A DNA stretch of 64,000 nucleotides from Rhodanobacteraceae bacterium (GCA_036279455.1 DASUJD010000058.1:3548-67547), one strand, 5' to 3'. Counted from the stretch's first letter, positions 28,055 to 38,491 are shown. Notes: a model not told the origin generated them from the letters alone. Numbers and translations are program-made.

Positions 28055-30955
28055 TCACGAGGAAAACACGGGCGCGTCGCCGCCAATCCAGACGTCGATC
28101 GGCTGCGCCTTGGAGTACAGGAAGCCCTGGCCGTGACGGCAGCCCATCTTGCGCAGCACGTCGCGTTGCAAGGTCGTTTCCACGCCTTCGGCAATCGCCG
28201 GTATCGAAAGCGTCTCGGCCATGGCCAGGATCGCGCGGATCATGGTCGTCCGGCCGCCCGTATCGTCCCTGGTGAGATCGGCGACGAAAGACCGGTCGAT
28301 CTTGAGCGTCTGCAGGGTGTACTGGTGCAGGTAGGACAGCGAGGAATAACCGGTTCCGAAGTCATCCAGCGAGATACCGATGCCGGCGTGACGGAATGCG
28401 TGGAAGATGCGCTTCACTTCGGGAGTGTTCTCCAGCAGCGCGCGCTCGGTGACCTCGACGCGCAGGCGTGATGCCGGAACACCGTATTCAGCCAACAGGC
28501 CCAGCAACCGCTGGTCGAGCTTGGGATCACGGAAGTGGTTGGCAGACAGGTTGATGCCCACGAAAATATCGTCTCTTCCGACCAACGCGTTGGCATCGCG
28601 GCACACTTGTTCGAAGATTTGCCAATCCATCGTTTCGGATAGCCCGGTCTCTTCCGCGACGGCAAGGAAGTCTCCGGGCAGCAAAATGCTGCGCCGCGGG
28701 TGGCGCCAGCGCATCAGCGCTTCGTATCCGATCACGCTGCCGTCGTCGAGGTTCACGATGGGCTGGTAATAGGGCACGAATTCATGGCGTTTCACGCCCC
28801 GTCGCAGGTCGTTTTCAACCTCCAGCAGCGATACCGCTTCCTTGCGCAGATCATCGCCGAACACCACCCAACGGTGGCGGCCTTCGGCCTTGGCGCGGTA
28901 CATGGCCGAGTCGGCGTCGCGCAGCAGCTCTTCGGGGCTCTGGTAATGCGGCGAAGCCAAGGTGACGCCGATCGACGTGGAGGTGAACAATTCCTTGGAG
29001 GCGAGCCGGAATGGCGCGTTGAGGTCGTCGATGATGCGAGCGGCGATGCGCCCGGCCTGGTCGGCGTCTGCGATGCCTTCCAGCAACACGCTGAATTCGT
29101 CTCCGCCCAGGCGCGCGACCATGTCATCGGGCTTGAGGCAGGCACCGATGCGTTTGCCCACCTGAAACAGCAGGTCGTCGCCGACCAGATGGCCGACCGA
29201 GTCGTTGATGACCTTGAAGCGGTCGAGATCCATGAACAGCACCGCGAAGCCCCGGGTCGGATCCGCGTGGTATCGCGCCAGCGCCTGCCCCAACCGCTGC
29301 ATCAGCAGCGCGCGGTTCGGCAGACCGGTCAGTGAGTCATGCAGGGTTTCGTGTTTCAGGCGCGCCTCGATGCGTTCGCGCTCGGTGATCTGGTCGCGCA
29401 GATTGCGGTTCACCAGCGCCAGCGCGCGGGTCCGCTCGTCGACGCGGGTTTCGAGCTGGGCATAGGCCTGCCGCAGGGATTCCTTGGCGCGCATGCGCTC
29501 AAGCGCATTCGCGATGTGGTAGGAAACAAAGGTCAGCAATTCCTGGTCGCGCTGCGTGTAGCGGTGTTCCGGCGAATAGCTCTGCACGGCCAACACGCCG
29601 ACCGTTCGTTCGGCACACGCCAGCGGCACGCCCAGCCAGCACACGGAATCATGGCCATGCTGCGTCACTTCGCCCGCGGCGCGCAGCCTGGCAATTTCGG
29701 AAGCGTCCGCGAGCAGGGCGCCGTGCCGCAGCGCGTATTCGGTGAGTCCGTCGCCCAGCTTTCGCGGCTGGCGGCTGTCGTCGTATTCATCCGCCAGGTA
29801 CGGGAAGGTCATTTCACTGCCATCTTCCGACGTCAGTGCAATGTAGAAGTTGCGCGCATAAAGCAGTCCACTTACCACCTGATGCACGGTGCCATAAAAG
29901 GCTTCGATACTGTCGGTGGTGTTGGTCAGTTCCGCGATACGGAACAATGCCTCCTGCAATCGCTCTCCCCGTTGACGCTCGAGCACCTGTTGTTGCAGCG
30001 CCTCGGTGCGTTCGCTGACGCGGCGTTCCAGTTCGACGCGTGCCAGGCGTCTTTCCAGTGCGGTCTGGATGTGCTGGGCCACGAAAATCAGCAGCGTCTT
30101 GTCCTGATCGGTGTAATGGTGCGCTTCGTCGTAGCTTTGAACCACTACGCAGCCGACGACTTTGCCATCGTGCAGCAGCGGTACGCCCAGCCAGTCCACC
30201 GGGTCCGAGCCCGAAAACTTGAACGGCCCGTCGACTTTTCGCACGTCCACTTGTCGCGCGATGGACTGCATCGAGCCCATCAGCGGCTTGCCTTCACGGA
30301 TCAGGTACCACGTGGGGCCATGCGGCAGGTCCGCCATCGACACGTCTCTGGTCGTGAAGGGCAGCTGTGTATCCTTGCTGTCGGCCCAGTACGAGAAGTG
30401 CACACTGTCGTGCTCCTCATCGTACATTGCGATGAAGAAGTTCTCCGCATACATCAATGTGCCGACTATGCCGTGCAGGGTGTGGAACATCGCGTCGACG
30501 TCGGCATTCACCGTGCTGGCCTGGTCGGCTATGGCATACAAGGCACGCTGCAGGCGCTCGGATCGACCGAGGTGCTCCACCGAATCCGCCAGCGCGATCT
30601 GCTTCCTGAGCGCTTCGACGCGCGCCTTGATCAATCTGGCAGCCGCCTGCAGCAATCCGTGGCAGTCATCCTCGCCGGGCGCGGTGATCAAGAGAAGTTC
30701 GCGTCTGGACAGCGGGATCTGCAATTGGGGCCCGAACGCGCGGGCGGTCACCTGCGTTCCGATGCCTCGGGCGCTGCGCTGCACCTTGGTTCCAGGTACC
30801 AGCTCATCGAGCAGCGCGCGGGCGGTGGCCACCACGGAGACCAGGTTGGTCGCAGACCAGAGTTCGCCACTGAGTTTCAGCAAGGCAGCCGCGCTGGGCG
30901 GCTGGCTGACCGCAGCGGGCGCCGGTAGGGTCTGGATGTTGCTGGCCATCAACAT
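28055..30955 (-). CDS. Multi-GAF sensor diguanylate cyclase/phosphodiesterase (GGDEF-EAL)
   Basis: ~965 aa. Two to three GAF-like repeats, GGDEF site (RLGGDEFSVLL), EAL domain (...YQPIV...EALMRW...). Start at 30955 or 30949 is uncertain. Confidence 0.85.
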   Translation of the reverse strand: MLMASNIQTLPAPAAVSQPPSAAALLKLSGELWSATNLVSVVATARALLDELVPGTKVQRSARGIGTQVTARAFGPQLQIPLSRRELLLITAPGEDDCHGLLQAAARLIKARVEALRKQIALADSVEHLGRSERLQRALYAIADQASTVNADVDAMFHTLHGIVGTLMYAENFFIAMYDEEHDSVHFSYWADSKDTQLPFTTRDVSMADLPHGPTWYLIREGKPLMGSMQSIARQVDVRKVDGPFKFSGSDPVDWLGVPLLHDGKVVGCVVVQSYDEAHHYTDQDKTLLIFVAQHIQTALERRLARVELERRVSERTEALQQQVLERQRGERLQEALFRIAELTNTTDSIEAFYGTVHQVVSGLLYARNFYIALTSEDGSEMTFPYLADEYDDSRQPRKLGDGLTEYALRHGALLADASEIARLRAAGEVTQHGHDSVCWLGVPLACAERTVGVLAVQSYSPEHRYTQRDQELLTFVSYHIANALERMRAKESLRQAYAQLETRVDERTRALALVNRNLRDQITERERIEARLKHETLHDSLTGLPNRALLMQRLGQALARYHADPTRGFAVLFMDLDRFKVINDSVGHLVGDDLLFQVGKRIGACLKPDDMVARLGGDEFSVLLEGIADADQAGRIAARIIDDLNAPFRLASKELFTSTSIGVTLASPHYQSPEELLRDADSAMYRAKAEGRHRWVVFGDDLRKEAVSLLEVENDLRRGVKRHEFVPYYQPIVNLDDGSVIGYEALMRWRHPRRSILLPGDFLAVAEETGLSETMDWQIFEQVCRDANALVGRDDIFVGINLSANHFRDPKLDQRLLGLLAEYGVPASRLRVEVTERALLENTPEVKRIFHAFRHAGIGISLDDFGTGYSSLSYLHQYTLQTLKIDRSFVADLTRDDTGGRTTMIRAILAMAETLSIPAIAEGVETTLQRDVLRKMGCRHGQGFLYSKAQPIDVWIGGDAPVFSS

Positions 30956-31328
30956 GCTCCTGTCTGCCGTAGCAGCCAAGCAAGAGCCGCGCCAAACGTG
31001 CGAACGCATTTCACAAATGCGCGGGATTCCGTGGTTTTTGGTTACGCCCATGGCGTCAGAGGCGCGATCCACCACGCGATTCACGTAGTGACAGCGTGGG
31101 AAATCACCGGTCGCCGTGCCTCGGTGCCGAAGCGGCAGCGAGACGGACTTCGCGGTTCATCTGGGCGGAATCTCGCATCCGGTGCGTGCGGTGCGCATTC
31201 GGACCGCCGCGGAACCAGCAGCCAGGTCGTTGCGTTTCGGGGATGCTTCACCATCGATGTCACCGGTCCGCCGGATTGCCGCGACGGCCGATCCGATCCT
31301 GCGTGAGCGATGGTTGCGCGATCACTGG

Positions 31329-32039
31329 TCAGGGTACGGACCAGCTCTCGAGTTCCAGCGAAAAATCACTCTTGCCGCGCTGGTCGATCTTGATCGGCGC
31401 AGGCAGCCTGGTCGGAGCGAACCACGCCTCGAAACCGTCGCCCCCGTCGGTTCTGCTGATGCGGACGGCATCGAAGGTGCCCGCCGGCACGCTCACGCTT
31501 TGGTTGCCGCCTGCGGCGTAATGCTGCGTCTCGATCCGATCGCGCACCGCAACAGGCAGCGCGAAGCTGGTCTGTCCGTATGCGAGCCCGGCTGCAAGTG
31601 CGAGCGGCACGGTGTGGCGTTCGAGAGCGCCCGGTGGCGCCGGAAAGCGATGCACGCCGTGGTCGTTCACTTCGATGGTGCGGGTGTTCCAGTCGAAACG
31701 CACGCTGCGGTGTTTGTCTTTCAGCGCCGATTTCATGCTGTAGTCGTAGCTGATTCCCTGCGGCAGGCGGTTGACCCAGTGGAAGGTGGATGTTTCATCG
31801 ATGCTCGCGCCCAGCAGCGAAGCCAGCCCCGCGGTGCCCTTGCTGCGGGTCGTGAAGGTCCAGGCAGCATCGCCCGTGCGAACGAGTGTCAGCGTGGCGG
31901 TACCGATCCGGGAGCCATTCCTCAGCAACCGGTAGTGCGCCGTGAACGCGGGCACCGGAGGCGCGGCCGTCGCGACGCCGCACGCTGCCGCGAGGATCAG
32001 CATCAGGCCGAATTTGCGAAAACGTTGCATGGCATTCAA
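31329..32039 (-). CDS. DUF3108 domain-containing protein (secreted)
   Basis: 236 aa with a signal peptide. ...FTAHYRLLRNGSRIGTATLTL... is typical of DUF3108, a family I recall as a common purN neighbour. Confidence 0.7.
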   Translation of the reverse strand: MNAMQRFRKFGLMLILAAACGVATAAPPVPAFTAHYRLLRNGSRIGTATLTLVRTGDAAWTFTTRSKGTAGLASLLGASIDETSTFHWVNRLPQGISYDYSMKSALKDKHRSVRFDWNTRTIEVNDHGVHRFPAPPGALERHTVPLALAAGLAYGQTSFALPVAVRDRIETQHYAAGGNQSVSVPAGTFDAVRISRTDGGDGFEAWFAPTRLPAPIKIDQRGKSDFSLELESWSVP

Positions 32040-32091
32040 TGCGCGGATGATTGGTGCCGTGAAGCCTGCCGCAGGCAGTCTGAACGCGGGC

Positions 32092-32772
32092 TCATGCGGC
32101 GGTCAGGCTCCCCGTGTCGTCCAGACGCAACGGGATTTCGATCGGGCGGTCGTGAAACCGGATCTTGCCGTCACGCTCGCACAACGCGTCGTGCGCAATC
32201 GCATCCACGCAGGCGACGAGCAAACGGTGCTCCTGCGGCAGCAGGCGTGCAGCCAGGGAATCTTCGGTATCGCCGGGGCGCAAGTCCATTCGCGTCTGCG
32301 CGATCACCGGGCCACCGTCAAGTTCGGAGCTGACGAAATGCACGCTGACACCATGTTCGCGATCGCCGGCTTCCAGCGCGCGCCGGTGGGTGTGCAGGCC
32401 GCGATATTTCGGCAACAGCGAAGGATGGATGTTGATCATGCGCCCTTGCCATTGTGCGGCAACGGCGGCATCGATGATGCGCATGTAACCGGCCAGCACC
32501 ACCAGTCGTGCGCCGCTGGCGGCGACGTTCGCAAACAAGGCCTCGTCGAATTCCCGCCGGGAGGCAAACGATTTCGGATCCAGCGCGAGCGTCGGGATGC
32601 CATGGGCTTCCGCGTTGCGCAGCGCGGGCGCATCGGCCCTGTCGCCCGCGACCAGGGCAAAATCGACCGGCAACTTGCCGGCTGCGCGGGCATCGATCAG
32701 TGCCGCGAGATTGCTGCCGCGACCAGAGGCGAGAACGGCGACGCGAAAGGCTTGTGAACCGGTGGGAGTCAT
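32092..32772 (-). CDS. purN: Phosphoribosylglycinamide formyltransferase
   Basis: Start at MTPTGSQAFRVAVLASGRGSNL. ...INIHPSLLPKYRGLHTHRRALEAGD.... Confidence 0.9.
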   Translation of the reverse strand: MTPTGSQAFRVAVLASGRGSNLAALIDARAAGKLPVDFALVAGDRADAPALRNAEAHGIPTLALDPKSFASRREFDEALFANVAASGARLVVLAGYMRIIDAAVAAQWQGRMINIHPSLLPKYRGLHTHRRALEAGDREHGVSVHFVSSELDGGPVIAQTRMDLRPGDTEDSLAARLLPQEHRLLVACVDAIAHDALCERDGKIRFHDRPIEIPLRLDDTGSLTAA

Positions 32773-32796
32773 CGCTTTCAACCGGGGATGGGGGAC

Positions 32797-32904
32797 GGGT
32801 AGTGGGGGCGTACTGACCCGACTTTTCCGCAACTTTGCAGGTCGCGAAAAGTTCGTTGTCCGGCACGCCGCCTCAAGGGTCCGGTGCTTGCGCCCCCGCT
32901 ACCC
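32797..32904. repeat. GTAG-headed inverted REP pair in the purM-purN spacer
   Basis: GGGTAGTGGGGGCG (32797-32810) versus CGCCCCCGCTACCC (32891-32904), 13 of 14 complementary. Inner imperfect hairpin CTTTTCCGC...GCGAAAAG. Confidence 0.65.
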
Positions 32905-32921
32905 ACTTCCAATTCCCATCT

Positions 32922-33980
32922 TCATGCAATCTGTACACGCGCATTGTTGCCGGCAACCACCACCTCGCCGATGGTCCAGCTTGCGAGGCCGGATTGCGCG
33001 AGCGCATCGCGTGCGGCGGTCACGTCACCGGGTGCGAGGATCAGGGTGAAGCCGATCCCGCAATTGAAGGTGCGCCACATTTCCGCGCGCGGCAGCTTGC
33101 CCTCGCGTTGCAACCAGTCGAACACGGCCGGCAGTTTCCATGTCGAGGAATCGATCGCGAGGCCGAGCCCGTCCGGCACCACCCGGATGATGTTTTCGCT
33201 GAGGCCGCCGCCGGTGATGTGGGCCATGCCGTGCACGACCGGGACCCGGGGCTCGGGACTCGGGACCCGCAAAAGCTCCAGGACGGGTTTGACGTAGATG
33301 GTCGTCGGCGCCATCAGGGCATCGGCCAGCGTCACGCCCCCGATATCCATGCCGAAGGGCGAACCCGCGCGTTCTACGATCTTGCGGATCAGCGAGTAAC
33401 CGTTCGAGTGTGGCCCGCTGGACGCGACGCCGAGAACCACGTCGCCTGCACGGATCGCACTGCCGTCGATCAGTTCCGATTTTTCCACTGCGCCGACGTT
33501 GAAGCCGGCGAGGTCGTATTCGCCGGGCGGATACATGTCGGGCATCTCGGCGGTTTCGCCGCCGATCAGCGCGCAACCGGCCAGTTCGCAGCCCTTGGCG
33601 ATGCCGCCCACCACCGCGACCGTGGTGTCCACGTCGAGCTTGCCGGTCGCGAAATAGTCGAGGAAGAACAGCGGCTCGGCGCCCTGCACCAACACGTCAT
33701 TGACGCACATGCCCACGAGGTCGATGCCGATGGTGTCGTGGCGGTTCAACTGCTGCGCGAGTTTCAACTTGGTGCCGACCCCGTCGGTGCCCGAAACCAG
33801 CACCGGTTCGCGGTATTTTTTCGAGAGATCGAACAGCGCACCGAACCCGCCGAGGCCGCCCATCACCTCGGGGCGCAAGGTTTTCGCGACCAGCGGCTTG
33901 ATGCGTTCGACCACCGCATTGCCGGCGTCGATGTCCACGCCCGCGGCGCGGTAGGAAAGGGCTTCGTCACGGGAGCTCAC
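32922..33980 (-). CDS. purM: Phosphoribosylformylglycinamidine cyclo-ligase (AIR synthetase)
   Basis: GTG 33980 gives [21 protein letters not shown]..., the usual PurM N-terminus. ...MAHITGGG.... The longer ORF to 34256 is not supported. Confidence 0.9.
   Translation of the reverse strand: MSSRDEALSYRAAGVDIDAGNAVVERIKPLVAKTLRPEVMGGLGGFGALFDLSKKYREPVLVSGTDGVGTKLKLAQQLNRHDTIGIDLVGMCVNDVLVQGAEPLFFLDYFATGKLDVDTTVAVVGGIAKGCELAGCALIGGETAEMPDMYPPGEYDLAGFNVGAVEKSELIDGSAIRAGDVVLGVASSGPHSNGYSLIRKIVERAGSPFGMDIGGVTLADALMAPTTIYVKPVLELLRVPSPEPRVPVVHGMAHITGGGLSENIIRVVPDGLGLAIDSSTWKLPAVFDWLQREGKLPRAEMWRTFNCGIGFTLILAPGDVTAARDALAQSGLASWTIGEVVVAGNNARVQIA
33241..33268. repeat. Four degenerate heptamers (GGGACCC GGGGCTC GGGACTC GGGACCC) inside purM
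   Basis: Read directly from the sequence. Translated in frame on the minus strand as ...[10 protein letters not shown].... Confidence 0.8.
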
Positions 33981-34080
33981 AGGTTTTCCGGCAAACGTTC
34001 GGTAACCGCGGAATCGGCAATGATAGACGCTGGGGCTGCGATTGGGCAGACTGGGGGTGTTAGAACGGAGGTCTGTGGTC

Positions 34081-34782
34081 ATGCTGCGAATTTCGGTGTC
34101 CCTGCTGCTGGTGCTGGGCGTGGCGGTGGCTGCATCGGCCCAGACTGCCTCGCCATCCCCGAACGCGAGCGCTGCGCCGCCGCCCGCTGCGGTTGCGCAG
34201 GCCAATCCATACTCTGCCACGGTGCCGGTTGCCGGTACCAGTGACGACCAGCGCAATACCGCAATCGCCGTCGCGCTGACAGACGTTTTGCAGAAGTTGT
34301 CGCCGGGTTTCGTGGCCAGTTCCGACGAGCTGTCCAGGGCGTCCGGCTATGTCCGGGATTTCCATTATCTCCGCGCGGCCACGAACAGCGGATTGGAGCT
34401 GCAAGTGGATTTCGACCCCGGTGCGATCGGACATCTGATTGCCGCGAACCCGGCAGCAAGCACGGTTGCGGGCGCGATGCCACCGGCGAGCGGTTCGAGC
34501 GCGGCGGCGGCAATGGCCCCGCGGAGCGGAAGCGCCACGCTGTGGGTCGGCGGCGTCGACAACAGTCGTGCGTTCGCCAGCCTGCTTGCCACCTTGCGGA
34601 ATGACACTTCGCTCCACGATGTCACACCGGTGGGCGCCGAGGACGATGGTGTGTTGCTGCACCTGAGTTTCGATCAGCCGTTGACGACGGTGCTGGCGGC
34701 GCTGGAGACCCCGGCAGACCACCTGACGCAGGCGCCGCGGCCACATCCTGGCGCCGATGCATCGTTGCACTGGGTGCCCTGA
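34081..34782 (+). CDS. DUF2066 domain-containing protein (secreted)
   Basis: Start at [20 protein letters not shown]. ...[32 protein letters not shown].... Divergent from purM, as I recall for this family. Confidence 0.65.
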   Translation: MLRISVSLLLVLGVAVAASAQTASPSPNASAAPPPAAVAQANPYSATVPVAGTSDDQRNTAIAVALTDVLQKLSPGFVASSDELSRASGYVRDFHYLRAATNSGLELQVDFDPGAIGHLIAANPAASTVAGAMPPASGSSAAAAMAPRSGSATLWVGGVDNSRAFASLLATLRNDTSLHDVTPVGAEDDGVLLHLSFDQPLTTVLAALETPADHLTQAPRPHPGADASLHWVP

Positions 34783-34975
34783 TGCGATTGCCGAACCATG
34801 GCCTTGTGACGTCATGTCATGGGTCGCCGGGGATGTGCGTGCATCCTGGCGCAGGCGCCGCAGGGGCCGTCGTGGCCAGCCGCGGTTGGCGCTCGTCGGC
34901 AAGATGGATTCAGCGCAAGCCCTGCGCTGAACCATGACGGGTGTGATGGTGCTCACGGGGCCGACGCGGGAGACG

Positions 34976-35533
34976 ATGTTGCGGCATCTGCCCAACATGA
35001 TTTCCGTGCTGCGCATTGCGCTGGTGGCGCCGCTGATCGCGACGCTTCTGTTGGGACGTTACGACACCGCGCTGGCGATTGCCTGCGCAGCGGGCGTGTC
35101 GGACGGCGTGGATGGTTATCTGGCACGCCGTTTTCGCTGGCAGAGCCAACTGGGTTCGATCCTCGACCCGGTCGCCGACAAGCTGATGCTGGTGGGCTGC
35201 ATGCTCGCGCTCGGGTGGCTCGACGAGGTATCGCGCTGGCTGGTCGTCCTGGTGGTGGCTCGCGATGCAGTGATCGCGCTGGGCGTGCTGGCGTGGCATC
35301 GTGTGCTGCGCAACTTCCGGTCGCGCCCGAGCTGGTTGTCGAAGGCCACCACGGTCGCGCAGATCGGGTTCGTGCTGCTGGCCATCGCCATGCATGCATT
35401 CGACTGGCATGTGGGGATGGCGATTCCGGTGTGGATTGTTGCGGTCCTGACCGCGGCCAGCGGGTTGGATTACGTGGTGCGCTGGGGGTTGCTGGCGCGA
35501 CGTGAACTCAGTGGGGGCAAACGGTCGACATGA
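34976..35533 (+). CDS. CDP-alcohol phosphatidyltransferase family protein
   Basis: Motif ...SDGVDGYLARRF.WQS.LGSILDPVADKL... (D-G-x2-A-R-x8-G-x3-D-x3-D). Confidence 0.8.
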   Translation: MLRHLPNMISVLRIALVAPLIATLLLGRYDTALAIACAAGVSDGVDGYLARRFRWQSQLGSILDPVADKLMLVGCMLALGWLDEVSRWLVVLVVARDAVIALGVLAWHRVLRNFRSRPSWLSKATTVAQIGFVLLAIAMHAFDWHVGMAIPVWIVAVLTAASGLDYVVRWGLLARRELSGGKRST

Positions 35534-36675
35534 CAAACGCACAGCGCTGGCAGTGGTTGCTCATAGCCGCGGTGACCGGATGGCTGATCTGGCTGCTGTC
35601 GCCGATCCTGATGCCGTTCATGCTGGCGGGGGTGTTCGCCTATCTGGGCAATCCGCTGGTGGATCGCCTGGAACGCCTGCGCCTGGGCCGCGGGTTCGCG
35701 GCCAGCATCGTATTCCTGATCATGCTGCTGATCGTGGCGTTGATAGTGGTGTTGCTGGTGCCGCTGGTGCAACGCCAGGTTGCGCGCTTTGTCGCGGCGC
35801 TGCCTGCCTACGCGGCGTGGGTCACGCACACCGCGGTGCCATGGTTGGAACACCAGCTGGACATTCCCGCCAGCCAGTTCGATGCTTCCACCCTGATCGG
35901 GCGCGCGCGCGGACATCTCGGCACCGTCGGCGGCGTCGCCGCCACGCTGCTGCACTACGCCACCCGTTCGGGCCTGGCACTGATCGGCGTCGGGGTCGCG
36001 GTGGTGCTGGTGCCGGTCGTGACGTTTTACCTGCTGCGCGATTGGGACAAGCTGGTCACGCATATCGACATGTTGCTTCCTCGCGCGGCGCAGCCCGTGA
36101 TCCGCCGCCTCGCACGCGAAACCGACAACGTACTCGGCGCCTTCGTGCGTGGGCAGTTGCTGGTGATGCTGGGCCTTGCGATCTACTACGCGCTGGCGCT
36201 GTGGCTGGTCGGTGTGCAGGTCGGCCCGCTGATCGGCATGATCGCCGGCCTCGTCAGCTTCGTGCCGTACCTCGGCTTCATCATCGGCATCGTCGCCAGC
36301 ATCATCGCGGTACTGGTGCAGTTCCACGATGTGTTTCACCTGGTGCTGGTGCTGGTGGTGTTCGGCGTAGGCTCGGTGCTGGAAAGCTACATCCTGGTGC
36401 CCAAGCTGGTCGGCGATCGCATCGGGTTGCATCCGGTCGCAGTGATTTTCGCGGTGCTGGCGTTCGGTGAGCTGTTCGGCTTCATCGGCATCCTGCTGGC
36501 ATTGCCGATGGCTTCGATCGCGATGGTGCTGTTGCGGTTCCTGCGCGAACGCTATCAGGCGAGCCCGTTGTACGCGGGTTCGGGAGCGCGCGGGATGCTG
36601 TCGGGTTCGAGTGCCGCCACCGAGGATCAAGACGATCCATCGCCGGACGAGCGAAAACCGCCACCCCAGCCATGA
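35530..36675 (+). CDS. AI-2E family transporter (PerM-like permease)
   Basis: 381 aa multi-TM protein. 4-nt overlaps with both neighbours. Confidence 0.8.
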   Translation: MTNAQRWQWLLIAAVTGWLIWLLSPILMPFMLAGVFAYLGNPLVDRLERLRLGRGFAASIVFLIMLLIVALIVVLLVPLVQRQVARFVAALPAYAAWVTHTAVPWLEHQLDIPASQFDASTLIGRARGHLGTVGGVAATLLHYATRSGLALIGVGVAVVLVPVVTFYLLRDWDKLVTHIDMLLPRAAQPVIRRLARETDNVLGAFVRGQLLVMLGLAIYYALALWLVGVQVGPLIGMIAGLVSFVPYLGFIIGIVASIIAVLVQFHDVFHLVLVLVVFGVGSVLESYILVPKLVGDRIGLHPVAVIFAVLAFGELFGFIGILLALPMASIAMVLLRFLRERYQASPLYAGSGARGMLSGSSAATEDQDDPSPDERKPPPQP

Positions 36676-37370
36676 GTCGGCAAATTCCCCTGGACCTGCG
36701 CTGGCCGTCTCACCAGCGCCTGGATGCGTTCTGGCCCGGCGCCAGCAAGACCGCGCTGCAAGCGGTACTCGACGTCGCGAAGGGTGGCGACGCGTGGCTG
36801 TATCTGCGGGGCGCATCCGGCACCGGCAAAAGCCATCTGCTGATCGGCGCCTGTCGTGTCGCGCTTGAATCCGGTCGTGCCGCGCGTTACGTGTCGTTCG
36901 CGTCGGCGCCGGGGCAGCCGAGTCGATTGCTTGCCGGCATCGATGCGGACGGCCTGATCGCGATCGACGATGTGCAGGCCGTTGCCGGCGATGACCAAGC
37001 CGAGCGCACGTTGTTCGATCTCTACAACCGTGCACGGGCCGCGCATGCGCGGATGCTGTTTGCCGCCGACGCAGCGCCGGCGAAGCTCGGGCTCCGTCTT
37101 GCCGATCTGGTTTCGCGATTGGCCATGTGTTCGCAGTACGCACTGCGGCCGCTGGACGACGCCGGCCGACGTGCGATGTTGCGCCTGCTTGCCGGCCGGC
37201 TCGGTTTGCGCCTGGACGACGAAGTCCTGGACTGGTGGTTCGCACGCCAGCCACGTGAACCGGCGGCAATGGTCGCGTTGCTGCAACGGATCGATCGTGC
37301 ATCGCTGGCCTCGCAGCGGCGCATCACGATTCCGTTTTTGCGGGAGCTGCTTGGGGCGCCAGGGACATGA
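36672..37370 (+). CDS. hda: DnaA regulatory inactivator Hda
   Basis: 232 aa. MSRQIPLDL..., Walker A GASGTGKSHLL, ...IDDVQAVAGD.... Confidence 0.85.
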   Translation: MSRQIPLDLRWPSHQRLDAFWPGASKTALQAVLDVAKGGDAWLYLRGASGTGKSHLLIGACRVALESGRAARYVSFASAPGQPSRLLAGIDADGLIAIDDVQAVAGDDQAERTLFDLYNRARAAHARMLFAADAAPAKLGLRLADLVSRLAMCSQYALRPLDDAGRRAMLRLLAGRLGLRLDDEVLDWWFARQPREPAAMVALLQRIDRASLASQRRITIPFLRELLGAPGT

Positions 37371-37541
37371 ATCGTCATTGCCGCGCGCGGCGTGCGTGAG
37401 CGCGAGCCGTGCGGCGTTGCGGGTGCCGTCGGGAGCAATGGCTTCGATGCCGGGCATTGCCGCGGCAGCATGCAATCCGGCATGAACGGATCGCGATTCC
37501 CCATCTCCGCGTTCCACACGGTTCCGCTATTCTTGTTCCCT

Positions 37542-37567
37542 GGCGACGATACCCGGTCGCCTTTTTT
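37542..37567 (+). terminator. Intrinsic-terminator-like hairpin GGCGAC-N8-GTCGCC followed by T6, 18 nt upstream of the cysD ATG
   Basis: Read directly: stem 37542-47 / 37556-61, T-tract 37562-67. Confidence 0.6.
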
Positions 37568-37585
37568 CATCGCGAACCTTCCGAC

Positions 37586-38491
37586 ATGAGCGTGACCCGT
37601 TTGCATACCCATCTGGACAGGCTTGAAGCCGAAGCCATCCGCATCCTGCGCGAGACGGTGGCCGAATGCCGCAAGCCGGTGCTGCTGTATTCGATCGGCA
37701 AGGATTCCTCGGTGTTGCTGCACCTGCTGCTGAAGGCGTTTTATCCCGCCAGGCCTCCGTTGCCGATCATGCACGTCAATACGACGTGGAAGTTCCGGGA
37801 GATGATCGAGTTCCGCGATCGCACGGCGCGCGAAAAGAACGTCGACCTGATCGAGTACATCAACCAGGAAGGCGTGGGCCACACCGATCCGGTCCACGAC
37901 GCATCCCGGCACACCTACGTCATGAAAACGCAGGCCCTGCGCGCCGCGTTGGCCGAACACGGTTTCGACGCCGCGATCGGCGGCGCGCGTCGTGACGAGG
38001 ACCCCGCGCGCGCCAAGGAGCGCGTGTTCTCGCTGCGCGGCGCCGGCCAGCGCTGGGAACCGCGCAAGCAGCGACCGGAGCCCTGGGGTCTGTTCAACAC
38101 CCGACTCGAGCCGGATGAAACGCTGCGGGTGTTTCCGATCTCGGACTGGACCGAACTGGACGTGTGGCTGTACATCCGTCGCGAGAACATCGAGGTGGTG
38201 CCGCTGTACTTCGCCAAGGAACGGCCGACCTTCGTGCGCAACGGCGCGCTGCTGGTGCGCGACGACGAGCGCGTGTCGCTCGAGCCCGGTGAAAAACTGG
38301 TCCCGAAGATGGTGCGTTTCCGCACCCTCGGTTGTTGGCCCTTGACCGCGGCGGTCGAATCCGGCGCCGTCGACCTCGACGCGATCATCGCCGAGATGCT
38401 GGCGACCCGCGAATCCGAGCGCGCAGGCCGCATCATCGACCTCGATCCTTCCGATTCCATGGAGCGCAAGAAGCGTGAAGGCTACTTCTGA
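37586..38491 (+). CDS. cysD: Sulfate adenylyltransferase subunit 2
   Basis: 301 aa. [23 protein letters not shown]..., PAPS-reductase-like fold ...[13 protein letters not shown].... Confidence 0.95.
   Translation: MSVTRLHTHLDRLEAEAIRILRETVAECRKPVLLYSIGKDSSVLLHLLLKAFYPARPPLPIMHVNTTWKFREMIEFRDRTAREKNVDLIEYINQEGVGHTDPVHDASRHTYVMKTQALRAALAEHGFDAAIGGARRDEDPARAKERVFSLRGAGQRWEPRKQRPEPWGLFNTRLEPDETLRVFPISDWTELDVWLYIRRENIEVVPLYFAKERPTFVRNGALLVRDDERVSLEPGEKLVPKMVRFRTLGCWPLTAAVESGAVDLDAIIAEMLATRESERAGRIIDLDPSDSMERKKREGYF

Noticed and set aside
32922-34256. 444-aa form of purM
   Set aside because: The PurM N-terminus (…[13 protein letters not shown]…) begins just after GTG 33980. The upstream 92 codons have no PurM counterpart and overlap the divergent DUF2066 gene region.
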